Source of the DNA: Podarcis filfolensis
Taxonomy: Eukaryota
Assembly (NCBI GenBank): GCA_964270895.1
Contig: OZ185435.1
Direction: 5' to 3' (one strand)
Length of the DNA: 64,000 bases
Shown: piece after piece, positions 63,321 to 64,000 of the stretch
Layout: each line of letters starts with the position of its first letter
Position numbering within the stretch: position 1 is the stretch's first letter
Translations under genes and position numbers: made by a program
The notes under the pieces: model-generated
Databases searched by the model: none
Told to the model about the DNA's origin: nothing
The model's input: only the letters and a program-made list of their open reading frames with translations

Positions 63321-64000
63321 GGCATCATACACAGGTGCCTGTCAATGTTCTAATAGCTGAATTCTGCCCTAGCTTCAGTTTTTCGACCATATTCAATGGA
63401 AAACCCTACAGAGAACCCACTATAGCAATCCAAATGCCATATCCAGAGCCTTGTCAGACACATGGCAGAAAGGAACTGGAAGCTGGTTTTATTATTTTAT
63501 TTTGCCCTCCTTAAAATGTTGGGAATACATGTGGCATCTCCAGGAGTAAAGTATGCCCCGACCCAATTTCTGTGGCATGTTAAGGTAAACGGGAAGTCTA
63601 TAGATTTTTAAGTTCTAAACCTTCTCCAAGCATTCCCTGTATGTCCATTTTGGTCCCTCTACCAAAACCAGTAGGGCAAAGGACAAAACAGAATCCAGGG
63701 TCCACAATGGCTGAGAGGTATTTCTTTAGTCAGAACTTTTTCTCCAGGGTGAGACCTTTCTCTCCAGCCTCAGAAAGGGGGATCAAAAACATCCTATGTC
63801 CTCTGAGCCTCCCTCCCAGACACCATCGGATTGCAGCCTTAATCTAATTATAGGCACCGCAAATATATAGATTTCATCTTCTGATTAGAATGCTATATAT
63901 TTGCTTTAGAACCTGTAAGTGCATAATATTTTGAATATTCATGGTGGTATTCACAAGCTATACTTCTGAATATTGAAAGTGTCTGGTTTGACAAGAATAG

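Noticed and set aside
1-64000. The many 60-150 aa ORFs in the six-frame track as real genes
   Set aside because: Apart from the GTDC1 exon and LINE-derived fragments, none shows a recognisable domain. Many run through SINEs, MITEs or microsatellites, and their lengths are as expected by chance.
51232-64000. Second GTDC1 coding exon (expected ...LFASSVLNL...YFHENQL...)
   Set aside because: No matching translation was seen by eye or in the ORF track; it presumably lies beyond the window.

Overview
Squamate reptile genomic DNA, most likely a lacertid lizard, judged from its Sauria SINEs, BovB, CR1, L2, L1 and hAT/Tc1-mariner MITEs. The window is almost all intron of one + strand gene, GTDC1 (QTMAN, queuosine-tRNA mannosyltransferase). 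Only its first coding exon is recognisable (51021-51231, [21 protein letters not shown]...[14 protein letters not shown]); the next coding exon was not found here. Candidate 5'-leader exons lie at about 15.5 kb and 16441-16564, and a candidate stop-containing cassette exon lies at 54604-54715. Nearly all other ORFs in the supplied track are chance ORFs or decayed LINE fragments. The most interesting observations are a predicted uORF whose stop overlaps the GTDC1 start (AUGA), a 5S rRNA/tRNA-Ile/CR1 chimera, a tRNA-Ile SINE head with a GAT anticodon that may record A34-to-I editing, a 114-bp palindrome, a SINE copy that lost two stem-loops, and a degenerate minisatellite rich in homeodomain-type motifs. 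I found no large novel protein-coding system. All identifications were made by eye, without database searches.
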